Source: Eledone cirrhosa (Eukaryota). From it: a stretch of 64,000 nucleotides of DNA. Both the position numbers and the translations under genes were made by a program. Below the pieces are notes generated by a model. The model made no database searches and was not told where the DNA came from. It saw only the letters and a program-made list of their open reading frames with translations. Shown piece after piece: positions 24,147 to 34,759 of the stretch; within the stretch, counting starts at the first letter, position 1; each line of letters starts with the position of its first letter. The stretch covers positions 178,374,001 to 178,438,000 of the forward strand of contig OZ024742.1 of NCBI GenBank assembly GCA_964016885.1, written 5' to 3'.

Positions 24147-24508
24147 GTAAATATCTATAAGTCATTTGGAAGCCTCGACAATGCAAATGGGTAAATCTCC
24201 GGGTAACAAGGTCCGGTGGTGGAGAGAGAGATGTAAGTGGGTGTACGTTGAGATGCGTGGTGTGTAGAATGAAGGGAAGAGTAAAAGGATAAAAATAATA
24301 ATAATTTTTATCCTTTTACTCTTCCCTTCATTCTACACATCTCACACATCTTATACACACCACGCATCTCAAGGTACACCCACTTACATCTCTCTCTCCA
24401 CCACCGGACCTTGTTACCCGGAGATTTACCCATTTGCATTGTCGAGGCTTCCATACGACTTATAGATATTTACTTCTTGTTCCACAATGCTTCAAGCAAA
24501 CTTCAATA

Positions 24509-24512
<4 letters not shown>
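24147..24512. mobile_element. Fold-back insertion with ~150-170-bp near-perfect inverted arms in (TA)n
   Basis: 24147-24297 is the reverse complement of 24304-24473 apart from one ~19-bp indel. The right arm has a ~40-bp extension. Confidence 0.88.
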
Positions 24513-24542
<30 letters not shown>

Positions 24543-24598
24543 CTAACAAAGATACTCTGGCAATGCCTTTATATCATATGAAAGTAACACCATACAAT

Positions 24599-24781
24599 AA
24601 TTGTTTCTACTTTTGGCACAAGGCCAGCAATTACTCAGTGCATTACTGGTACTTTATTTTATCGACCCCATAAGGATGAAAGGCAAAGTTAACCTCGGCG
24701 GGATTTGAACTCAGTCCGTAAAGGGATGTAACTATGCTGCAAAGTATAGTGTCCGACCGTCTACCGATACTGCCAATCCAC
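24599..24781 (-). mobile_element. SINE family A
   Basis: Full-length reverse-complement match to the other A copies. Confidence 0.87.
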
Positions 24782-24851
24782 AATAATGTGCAAAGTTTGA
24801 TGTACATTGCAACAGTTTTACTAATGAAATAGGAGCTCTGTTATTTCCATT

Positions 24852-25100
24852 CTAGTAGACATTACAACAAGATTGTCTGGGTTAGTTGTTGAATGTAATG
24901 TCTGAAGATAAACAATATTCTTAGCTTTGAACTGTGGTGCTATGATGAACAGATCCCTAGGGTCTCCATCTCTTGAAGTACCAACATAAACTGACCATGT
25001 GAATAGTCATGATTTGCCAGCTTCTCTCTAATGAATGCCTTTGAGATGTATTGATTATCATGGTGGCAAAGCTGAACCTGACAGGAAATCGAAGATTATT
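24852..25100 (-). pseudogene. Helitron remnant: PIF1-like helicase C-terminus and possible CTAG 3' end
   Basis: Frameshifted minus-strand translation RFPVRFSFATMIINTSQRHSL..SHGQ.YVGTSRDGDP..FIIAP..AKNIVY resembles the Helitron motif QFPVRLAFAMTINKSQGQSL..SHGQLYVA.SR..TKNIVY. A hairpin and ctag (24852-55) lie just downstream. Confidence 0.62.
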
Positions 25101-25199
25101 ACATTGAAAACAGCAAATTAATTGGCTTCAGATGTATTCCAGGAATTAAATAACAGTCTCCAGCAAATCTTCCTGACTTTGTCTGACTGAAGGGTATCA

Positions 25200-26110
25200 A
25201 AATATGAAGTCATTCCAGTGGCTAAATCTGAAAAGAGAGACAGAGAAATTAATCTTAGTCATACAGGATAATGCAATCAGAATGAGTTATAGCAAAAAGA
25301 ATATAAATAAGGAGGATATCCTGGGTACTTGTATAATGTTTCATCATCATCATCATCACAGTTTAATGTCCATTTTTCCATGCTAGCATGGGTTAGACAG
25401 GTTGTCCTGTTGTAAAGCAAGTCAGATCAAATGACTGATTGTTGCTCATACAGAACTGCTTCTGGTTAGGTTTCTACAGCTGGATGCCATTCCTAACACC
25501 AACCTCATTTACAGTGTGGCCTGGGTGCTTTTTATCATGGCACCAAAATGATTACTTTACAGTTTGGACTGAGCACATTTTTTGTGATACCAACACGACC
25601 CCTTTACAGTGAGCACTGGGTGCTTTTGTTGTGTCACCCACATGACCACTTTACCGTGTCGACTGGGTGCATTTTGTTGTGATGCCAACATGAACACTTT
25701 ACAGTGTGGACTGGGTGCTTTTTATCAAGGCACCAAAATGATTACTGTACAGTGTGGAATGAGCACATTTTTTTGTGATACCAACATGACCACTTTACAG
25801 TGTTCACTGGGTGCTTTTTGTTGTGATGCCAACACGATCACTTTACAGTGTGGACTGGGTGCTTTTTGTTGTGTCACCAACAAAACCACTTTACAGTGGG
25901 GACTAGGTGATTTTTATCATGTCAACAATACAAACCACTTTACAGTGAAAACTTTGAATATTGAAGTGACTTTCCTGATTCTACTGAAAGCTTGTTTTCT
26001 TGGCAGAGCAAGAACCATACAAAAGGGACTAGATAGTTAAGGCTGCTTAATGCAGTTTGTTATCTAACAACTGGCAGAACAACAATGAAAGGCTGAGTGA
26101 AAGAAAGAGA
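25200..26110 (+). pseudogene. Old R4/Dong-type LINE C-terminal remnant interrupted by a SINE C copy
   Basis: SFQWLNLKRETEKLILVIQDNAIR..CIM (from 25204) and LLKACFLGRARTIQKGLDS* (to 26040) align with TWNWL..LKKATEGMLMAAQEQALK..CRIC and LQKACLLGTARTLRYILNI* of the 28.7-31 kb element. Confidence 0.65.
25341..25950 (-). repeat. SINE C 3' part with about 9 diverged tandem copies of its 48-bp unit
   Basis: (CAT)n tail and tttctacagctggatgccattcctaacaccaacc, followed by repeated ttacagtgtggactgggtgcttttt..accac units. Confidence 0.82.
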
Positions 26111-26559
26111 AAGAATAATAGTAAAAATAATAATAATTTCTTTATTTGCTACAAAGAAACAAAGATAATGAAAATGGTAGAACAAAATACAAAGACACAG
26201 AGGTGTGGTGAATTACATGCAGTTTGAATAAAAATAAATATAACAGAAACAAATAAAAAAGTAATAAAGGATTGCTGGAGTTGGTGCAGTAATGCGCCAA
26301 CTTCTGCACTCTGTAGAAATGCTCAAGATGGTGTAGTAACGTGCCTGCTTCAGCACTTGATCATCAAAAGAAGGGAGTTAGGTGTAAAAGTCAAACTCAC
26401 TATCATATTCTTTTTGATGAAAAATAAATAAATGGCAGCCTATCAACTGTATTACCGATTAGTATTATAACTGGTGGAGATCATGCCTCCCCTACCCCTC
26501 ATCTAACTTGCCTCTTTTGTTATTGATTATAATCTTTTTGCTATTTTTGTGCTTTAAAA

Positions 26560-27290
26560 CAAGATTAAGCATCCAGTCATCAGAGTTTTTCAGATAACAG
26601 TTTAGACCAATCATGGCAATTTTCAGTGACAATTCAAGTTGTAAGAGTCAATGGCCTCCTTTTTTGGTAAGTAAAGTCATTCTCTATCTGCTTTAAGGTG
26701 GCATGCTATTCATTGTCAACAATTTCCAAATTTTTCTGTCAAGCTTTCAGATTTCAACACTTGACCAGATAATAATATTGAAACTATAAGTTCTGATCAG
26801 TATTAGTTACTTCAGTCCTGATTCTTGCATTTAGTATTGCCTTTACCCTATAATAGCATTCTTTTCTGATCTTTCCCTCATCATTGAGTGTTTAATTCTA
26901 TTACCTTCATATACTTAAGTATTTTTGTAATCCACCTCTTGTTCAAAATTCTTTATAGCACTTTGTTGATCAAGTTTAATGTTGGATACTTTTGAGTTTT
27001 CCTCTGATGAAAGTAGCTTCATATATCAAGGCCAAATTCCATCCTAATATCATCACTACACTGTTTTACAAGTGATAGTAGGCCATATAGTTGCTGGTCA
27101 TTTTTTGCAAAGAGCTTTAAAACATCCATGTAAAAGACGTTGACCTATAGTTTTCTCATAAATTTTATAACCATGTTTCATTGAGTTATTTGGATAGAGA
27201 CATCATGCTATACAAAAGGGGAGTGGTGATAAAGAATCAACCTGAAAAATACATCATCTTTCAACATCCCGGCATTAAGAGATTTCTTCT
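26560..27290 (-). pseudogene. Highly decayed R4/Dong-type reverse transcriptase
   Basis: Frameshifted minus-strand translation includes FYMDVLKLFAKNDQQLYGLLSLVKQCSDDIRMEFGLD, matching LFMDDLKLFGKSEKELDVLVDTVRIFSSDICMQFGIS of the 28.7-31 kb element. Confidence 0.7.
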
Positions 27291-27349
27291 CATTGGTCAA
27301 AATCTCATACTAACAGATAGAAAGTTCCCTAAGGTAGGTGATATAAGTG

Positions 27350-28395
27350 TCCAAGCATTTCTCAATCCATCTATGTGGTGGACTATCAAAATCTTTTCAT
27401 TGTCATCGCAGAAGCAAGTTTGCTTACTGAACACCCTCAGGTCACTAGATATGGATATGACTGCCATCAGCGAGACCAGAATTTCTGACTCATGCGCACA
27501 AGCCCCCATTTTCAATGACTATCAGATCTTCGCATCTCTTAGTTGGCTGGGCATGGGAGGTGGGGTGGCAGTACAGTTTAGGGAAGATCTGGATCTCAAG
27601 GTAAGGACAATCTTCCTGGACCCTCTCTGTAAGTTGGTGGTCCTGGACATGAGCAATAGCAACGGTTGTGCCTTTAAACAGGTGGCCATCTAAGCCCCAG
27701 TCAGGGCCAGATGGCCAGATTTCTTTAGGAACTTCTTGTCCTTTACTATTTGATGGGCATGAGTGACAGAGGTGCAGCATGGTAACAAAACCATGATTCA
27801 GTCTTTGACAAATGGAGATGAACGTGTGTTGGACGATTCCAGGTAAATGTGTATGGCCTTTTGCCAACACTTTGCACAGCTGTTCGGGGTCGGTTATGGT
27901 AGCGGACCTCAGTCCCTACTACAACAGCTTGCTGTAACTCTCGCCCAAAAGTTCAATACTTTCAAGCTGAAAGTATTGAAGACAGACACTTTTCTCTTTG
28001 GCCAAGCCCTCATCAACTTTTTCAAGTTACACTTAGAAAGGAAAATGAGGGTGGAAGGTAAGTGCTCCCCCCCCCCCAGTAAATTTGCTAAAAGATGGGT
28101 GAATGTTACGAGGTTGGCTTGTGTGAATGGGCCTACTCTGACCATGTACCTGTAGGCTGATTGGTTTGAAGAGGAGAGGGGTGTTCTTGGAGCAGCAGGT
28201 GGTTTAGTATTGCTGGTATTCCTAAGTCTTCCCTGGGAGGCCCTGCCCACTATTGGGGAATTTTAATTGTTCTATTTGTATTGTTATTTATTAAAAATTA
28301 TTTTACTCAATTTTTTATTTAAACCCCCACTGTCCCTGTGTCCCTATTTTGTATTGTCCCCTATATGTTGGCCCTTGTAGCCAATAAAGAAATCA
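27350..28395 (+). pseudogene. Internally deleted L1/Tx1-like LINE remnant (APE endonuclease fragment plus 3' end)
   Basis: ORF 27181-27693 contains LLNTLRSLDMDMTAISET..GGGVAV..IFLDPLCKLVVLD..FKQVAI*AP, resembling a LINE APE domain. It ends at gccaataaagaaat. A similar 3' end occurs inverted at about 26130-26155. Confidence 0.55.
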
Positions 28396-28396
28396 T

Positions 28397-28622
28397 TGGA
28401 TTGGTAGTATTGGTAAAGCGTCAGACAGTATGCTTTATGGCATAGACTTACAGTTCTATACATTCTGAGTTCAAATCCTGCCACGGCTAACTTTACCTTT
28501 CATCCTTACAGGGTCATAAAATAAAGTACCAGTAATGCACCGGGGTCGATTTTAATTGTCTTTCCCACCCCCACCCCCACCCCCACCCCTAAATTGTTGG
28601 CCTTGTGCCTAAAACAGAAACA

Positions 28623-28623
<1 letters not shown>
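28397..28623 (+). mobile_element. SINE family A (longer variant) with (TTA)n tail
   Basis: gagttcaaatcctgcc, cctttcatccttacagggtc, ttggccttgtgcctaaaacagaaac. Confidence 0.8.
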
Positions 28624-28654
<31 letters not shown>

Positions 28655-28663
28655 TACTATTAT

Positions 28664-30973
28664 TCCTTGAATCTCAGTCATTGATGTTGGTTAACTGGAA
28701 AGTCCGTTGGAATGAATATCAAGCCACTACCTGCAGCCTCAGATATTCAGGATGTATCGGAGGGTTCTTGCTGTTCCCAGCAAGCATGCCTTTTGAAGCG
28801 TTCCAAAAAGCGTGAAGGGGCCGATTTTCTTTAACCATCCCTGGAAACTTTTGGAGATAGTCCCCAGTGCGCCTATGACAATCGAGATCACTTTGATTTC
28901 GTGGCATTTCCAAATCCTTTTTACCTCCCACTTTAAGTCCTGGTATCGGTTAATTTTCTCCCTCTCCTTCTCTTGCACTCTCGTGTCGAATGGGCAGGCC
29001 ACATCCACAATCAGACATGATCTTTTTTCTTTGTCCACAACCACCAGGTCAGGTCTATTGTGTTCCAGTTTCTTGTCCGTCTGTATCCTAAAATCCCACA
29101 GCACCTTCACCTGATCGTTCTCCATCACCGCCTCTGGCCTATGCTCATACCATTTCTCAGAATGTGGTAAATTGTTTACTTTGCACAGGTGCCAGTGGAT
29201 CACCCTGCCCATCACATCATGTCTCCAGCCCTTATAGTGGGTCTGGGCTAGGTGTTTACACTCGGATACAATGTGAGCCACAGTCTCCTCTCTCTCTCCA
29301 CAGATCCTGCACAGTGGGCTAGCCTCCTCCTTGTAAATATGGTGTTTCAACCACTTCGTTTTGAGGGCCTGCTCCTGCGCAGCCATTAACATTCCTTCTG
29401 TAGCCTTTTTGAGGTCTCCTCTTCTCAACCAGTTCCATGTCTGTGGATCTCTAAATTCAGTTTTCTCAAAGAAGGTACTATGAAGGGATTTTCCCTGAAG
29501 GCTGCTCTTTCTCCTTGATGTTATTTCCTCCTTGGACATCCCCTGGCCTATTGTCCCCTCCTTCAGTACAGTTCTGAGCATTGGCTCCTTACTATCAGTC
29601 ACGTATTTGTATAGGTTGTTTTTCTCCATCTGAACACAGTCCTCTATGCTGATGAGACCTCTTCCACCCTCAGATCTCCTTAGGTAGAGTCTATCGACAT
29701 CACTCCTCTTGTGGAACATGTTGTAGATAGTCAATAGCTTCCTAGTCTTCCTATCCATTTCTTTTTGTTCAGCAACATTCCATCTTAGAATTCCCGCACT
29801 GTACCTAATAATGGACACAGCTCGGGAATTTACTGCGCTTATGGCATTTCTGCTGTTCAGATGTGACTTCAATACGCTCCTTACTCTCCGAATGTATTCA
29901 GTTCTTAACAATTCCTTCATTTTTTTGTTCTTTATGCCATCAGCCTCCAGAACGCCCAAATACTTGTATCCCTCCTCAGAGTCAATTTCCTTTATCATCT
30001 AACCTGTTGGTATCTGGATTCCGTTACTTCTGCTCAACCTACCCCTCCTCATCACAATGACTCCACACTTACTAATACCAAACTGCATACATATATCACT
30101 GCTGAAAATACGGACAGTGTCAACAAGCACATCCAACTCCTTCTCACTCTTCCCGAAGAGCTTAAGATCGTCCATGAAGAGGAGGTGATTGATGGTAAGC
30201 TCTCCCTTTCCCAACTTGTATCCTGCTCTCACTTTTCGCAGCATAATGGTCAAGGGCATCAGGGCAAGGACAAACAACAGAGGGGACAGGCTATCTCCCT
30301 GGAAGATACCTCTCTTGATCTTCACGCTTCCCAAGGATTCTCCAGTTGATGTCAACTTTGTCTCCCAGGACCCCATACTCCTGCCCAGCAACTGTCTGAT
30401 GTTATCTGCCACTTTGAAGATCTCCAGGCTTTTGGTGATCCAAGAATGAGGCACCATGTCAAATGCCTTTCTGTAGTCTATCCATCCCATGGTAAGATCA
30501 GTGTGTCTCCTCCTGCAATTCCCCATTACGATCTTATCAATAAGTAACTGGTCCTTTGTACCACGTGACTTCTTTCGGCATCCTTTCTGTTCGTCTGGTA
30601 ACAAGTTGTTTGTGTGGAGGTGATGGTAGATTTCCTCAGACACAATGCTCGTCAACAGTTTCCACATTACGGACAGGCATGTGATAGGTCTATAGTTGGT
30701 AACATCATTACCCTTGATTCGGTCTTTCATTATCAGAACTGTGGTACCTTTTGTCAACCACTCTGGCACCTCACCCGACACCAAGCAGTCATTGAACATG
30801 GCTGTCAGTTTCGGGTGGAGGGATGTTAAATTTTTAATCCAATACCCCTGCACACCATCTGGGCCTGGCGATTTCCAGTTGGTTAGTTTTTTGGCCTGCC
30901 CCTTAAGAGTTTCAACTGTGATACTCAAATCAGTTTGTTGGTGTGCCTGCTCACCGATCTCCCTCTGTACTGT

Positions 30974-30976
<3 letters not shown>
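28664..30976 (-). mobile_element. R4/Dong-type non-LTR retrotransposon (RT, CCHC finger, restriction-like endonuclease), 5'-truncated, one in-frame stop
   Basis: ORFs 29999-30928 and 28739-29998 share a frame and are split by TAG at 29999-30001. Motifs: KSPGPDG, NYRPITCL, WIDYRKAFD, GIFQGDSLSPLLF, FMDD, YKYLG, CRIC..ETVAHIVSEC, RHD, RPDL..IVDVACP..EKINRY. Both flanks are (TAA)n. Confidence 0.93.
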
Positions 30977-31036
<60 letters not shown>

Positions 31037-31451
31037 ATTGTTATCACTATTATTGGAGGAAAGAGATTAATGTATGTCTAAAGTCATAGCTTGTTAATAT
31101 ATCACTTTGTTATCAATGAAATTCACCAATTTAATTTGTAGATTTTTATCAACAGCCACCAGTTGTTGAGCTCTACACATCAGATACTAAAGATTTTTTA
31201 ATGATTTTGTGCTTATTCATCACAAATTAAAGGTTTATCTCTTTTCACTATCAAAATTTATATTTTCTGACTGATTTATTTTTTCTTTAACATAGCGATT
31301 TCTGGCATTATGCAGTAATACAGAAGACCTGCCTTCCCATGGGCACAGGCTGAAGTTGAAGCATACATATATATATAGCATGAACCCGCCATCCCACCCT
31401 CCCATACATCTCCCATGAGGACAGGCTGTAGCATACATCTAGTGAAGCCTC

Positions 31452-33520
31452 CAACCCACATTGTAAAGTGCTTGTGTAGGTGTCACAACAAAAAGCACTC
31501 AGCCCACACTGGAAAGTGCTTGAGTAGGTGTCACAACAAAATGCACCCAGCCCACAGTGTAAAGTGGTCGTGTAGGAGTCACAACAAAAAGCACCCAGCA
31601 CACATTGTAAAGTGCTTGTGTAGGTGTCACAACAAAATGCACCCAGCCCACAGTATAAAGTGGTCGTGTAGGAGTCACAACAAAAAGCACCCAGCACACA
31701 TTGTAAAGTGCTTGTATAGGTGTCACAACAAAAAGCACCCAGCCCACAGTGTAAAGTGGTCGTGTAGGTGTCACAACAAAATGCACCCAACCTACATTGT
31801 AAAGTGCCTGTGTAGGTGTCACAACAAAAAGCACCCAGCCCACAGTGTAAAGTGGTCGTGTAGGTGTCACAACAAAATGCACCCAACCCACATTGTAAAG
31901 TGCCTGTGTAGGTGTCACAACAAAAAGCACCCAGCCCACAGTGTAAAGTGGTTGTGTAGGAGTCACGACAAAAAGGTCACGACAAAAAGCACCCAGCACA
32001 CATTGTAAAGTGCTTGTGTAGGTGTCACAACAAAATGCACCCAGCCCACAGTGTAAAGTGGTCGTGTAGGAGTCACGACAAAAAGCACCCAGCACACATT
32101 GTAAAGTGCTTGAGTAGGTGTCACAACAAAATGCACCCAGCCCATAGTGTAAAGTGGTCGTGTAGGTGTCACAACAAAAAGCACCCAGCACACATTGTAA
32201 AGTGCCTGTGTAGGTGTCACAACAAAAAGCACCCAGCCCACAGTGTAAAGTGGTCGTGTAGGAGTCACAACAAAAAGCACCCAGCACACATTGTAAAGTG
32301 CTTGTGTAGGTGTCACAACAAAATGCACCCAGCCCACAGTGTAAAGTGGTCGTGTAGGAGTCACAACAAAAAGCACCCAGCACACATTGTAAAGTGCCTG
32401 TGTAGGTGTCACAACAAAAAGCACCCAGCCCACAGTGTAAAGTGGTCATGTAGGAGTCACGACAAAAAGGTCATGACAAAAAGCACCCAGCACACATTGT
32501 AAAGTGCTTGTGTAGGTGTCACAACAAAATGCACCCAGCCCACAGTGTAAAGTGGTCGTGTAGGTGTCACAACAAAAAGCACCCAGCACACATTGTAAAG
32601 TGGTCATGTAGGAGTCACAACAAAAAGCACCCAGCCCACAGTGTAAAGTGGTCATGTAGGAGTCACAACAAAAAGCACCCAGCCCACAGTGTAAAGTGGT
32701 CGTGTAGGAGTCACAACAAAAAGCACCCAGCACACATTGTAAAGTGCCTGTGTAGGTGTCACAACAAAAAGCACCCAGCCCACAGTGTAAAGTGGTCGTG
32801 TAGGTGTCACAACAAAAAGCACCCAGCACACATTGTAAAGTGCTTGTGTAGGTGTCATAACAAAAAGTACCCAGCCCACAGTGTAAAGTGGTTGTGTAGG
32901 AGTCACAACAAAAAGCACCCAGCACACATTGTAAAGTGCCTGTGTAGGTGTCACAACAAAAAGCACCCAGCCCACAGTGTAAAGTGGTCGTGTAGGAGTC
33001 ACGACAAAAAGCACCCAGCACACATTGTAAAGTGCTTGAGTAGGTGTCACAACAAAATGCACCCAGCCCACAGTGTAAAGTGGTCGTGTAGGAGTCACAA
33101 CAAAAAGCACCCAGCACACATTGTAAAGTGCTTGTGTAGGTGTCACAACAAAAAGCACCCAGCCCACAGTGTAAAGTGGTCGTGTAGGAGTCACAACAAA
33201 AAACACCCAGCACACATTGTAAAGTGCTTGAGTAGGTGTCACAACAAAATGCACCCAGCCCACAGTGTAAAGTGGTCGTGTAGGAGTCACAACAAAAAGC
33301 ACCCAGCACACATTGTAAAGTGGTCGTGTAGGAGTCACAACAAAAAGCACCCAGCCCACAGTGTAAAGTGGTCGTCTAGGAGTCACGACAAAAAGGTCAC
33401 GACAAAAAGCACCCAGCACACATTGTAAAGTGCTTGTGTAGGTGTCACAACAAAAAGCACCCAGCCCACAGTGTAAAGTGGTCGTGTAGGAGTCACGACA
33501 AAAAGCACCCAGCACACACA
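31452..33520 (+). repeat. 48-bp minisatellite (about 43 units, mostly alternating as a 96-bp dimer) expanded inside a SINE C
   Basis: Unit cacaacaaaaagcacccagcccacagtgtaaagtggtcgtgtaggagt, followed directly by the SINE C sequence gttggcattaggaagggcatccag (33530-33553). Confidence 0.95.
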
Positions 33521-33875
33521 GTAAATGTGGTTGGCATTAGGAAGGGCATCCAGTCATAGAAACCAAGCCAGAAACAGTTCTGTATGATGATGATAATTTG
33601 GAATATAACTTAACAGTTCTTACATAGAAATATGATGGAAGGTTTTTTTCATTTTAGAATAAATTACTTTTTATCTTAAAACCAGAAGTGATTTCAGGTG
33701 TTTTGGTATCAAGAGGGATTACATTTCCATGTGATATCCACTAATTTTACATATTTTTGTTCTTGTTATTAAGCCCTACCATGATAGAGAAGCAGTGAAT
33801 TTAACATGGCTGAATGGTTTAGTAGTTCAATTTGCAATCATTAGGCCCTGTATAGCATCTCAGGCAAGTGTCATT

Positions 33876-34224
33876 TACTCTTGGGTCGTGAATAATCGTC
33901 ACCCACCTGCTTATTCAATTTTGCTAATCCATTTCTGATGAAATTTTATTTTAAGTGGTAGCATTCCTGCAACTATTCATTTTCTTTAGACATTAAAGAA
34001 CATGACAAAAAAAGAAATCCCATACATTATAAAGTGAATAAGATGGATTGTGGTCTCAAAATGTAAACTAAATGACTAATTCTGGTTTTTTTAAAAATCA
34101 ACGGGCAACCTAGAAATATTACCAATTTGTCACCCCTCCCCACTTATTTCAACCCCCCTTGCTTATTCCAACTACAACGCTTATTCCACATCCCCACCTG
34201 CCTATTATTTGGGACATGGGAGTA
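33876..34224. mobile_element. Tc1/mariner-superfamily MITE with imperfect TIRs, nested in a decayed SINE (~33800-34370)
   Basis: The left end tactcttgggtcgtgaataatcg matches the reverse complement of the right end, tactcccatgtcccaaataatag. TA at both ends. Confidence 0.6.
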
Positions 34225-34602
34225 CCATAGCCACAGGTTGACCCATGCTTTGTGAGTGAATTTGGATAGACAGAAACTGGCTAGAAGCCTGTAGGATGGA
34301 CTATGCCTGTTATTCAAGGAGCCAGCTTTGTCACATACTATATCACACTGAATCTCCCTTGGAATTTCAAGGCTGAAGGTGTTGAGTACTGTCAAAATTC
34401 CAAGCTTCTCTCTTCAGACAAGGAGTCAGACTTCTATATTATAACAGTTTACTATATAAAAAAAAGTCTAAAGTTTGTCCCAAGCCCCAGAGACTCACTG
34501 GGCCAGTTCTCATTCTTGTTTCTAAGCTGTTAAGTAACTGAAAGTAAGAGAATGATTGACACAAGGCATAGGAAAGTAAGAAGTCCAGATACTTTTTTTT
34601 TT

Positions 34603-34723
34603 GCCAAAAAACAGTTCTATATGAGCAAGACACGGTCACCGGACCCAACTTGCCTCAAATGGGTCAACCCATCTAACCCATGCTTGCATGGAAAGTGGAC
34701 GTTACATGATGGTGATGATGATG
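34603..34723 (+). mobile_element. Resumed 3' tail of SINE C
   Basis: acagttctatatgagcaagacacggtc..ctaacccatgcttgcatggaaagtggacgttacatgatggtgatgatg. Confidence 0.75.
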
Positions 34724-34759
34724 AGGAGGAGGAAACAGCTTTTCAGGGAGAATTTGAAT

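Noticed and set aside
27004-27030. ctgatga motif
   Set aside because: No matching GAAA or stems; it lies within the antisense strand of a decayed RT sequence.
31270-31420. Splice-acceptor-like tract (ttttttctttaacatag) followed by a 40-codon frame
   Set aside because: No homology and no donor or upstream exon is evident; such sites are expected by chance in AT-rich DNA.
31308-33515. Cys-rich repeat ORFs (LGAFCCDTYTTTLHCG)
   Set aside because: Frames are open on both strands because the 48-bp unit is a multiple of three, and the unit derives from a SINE.
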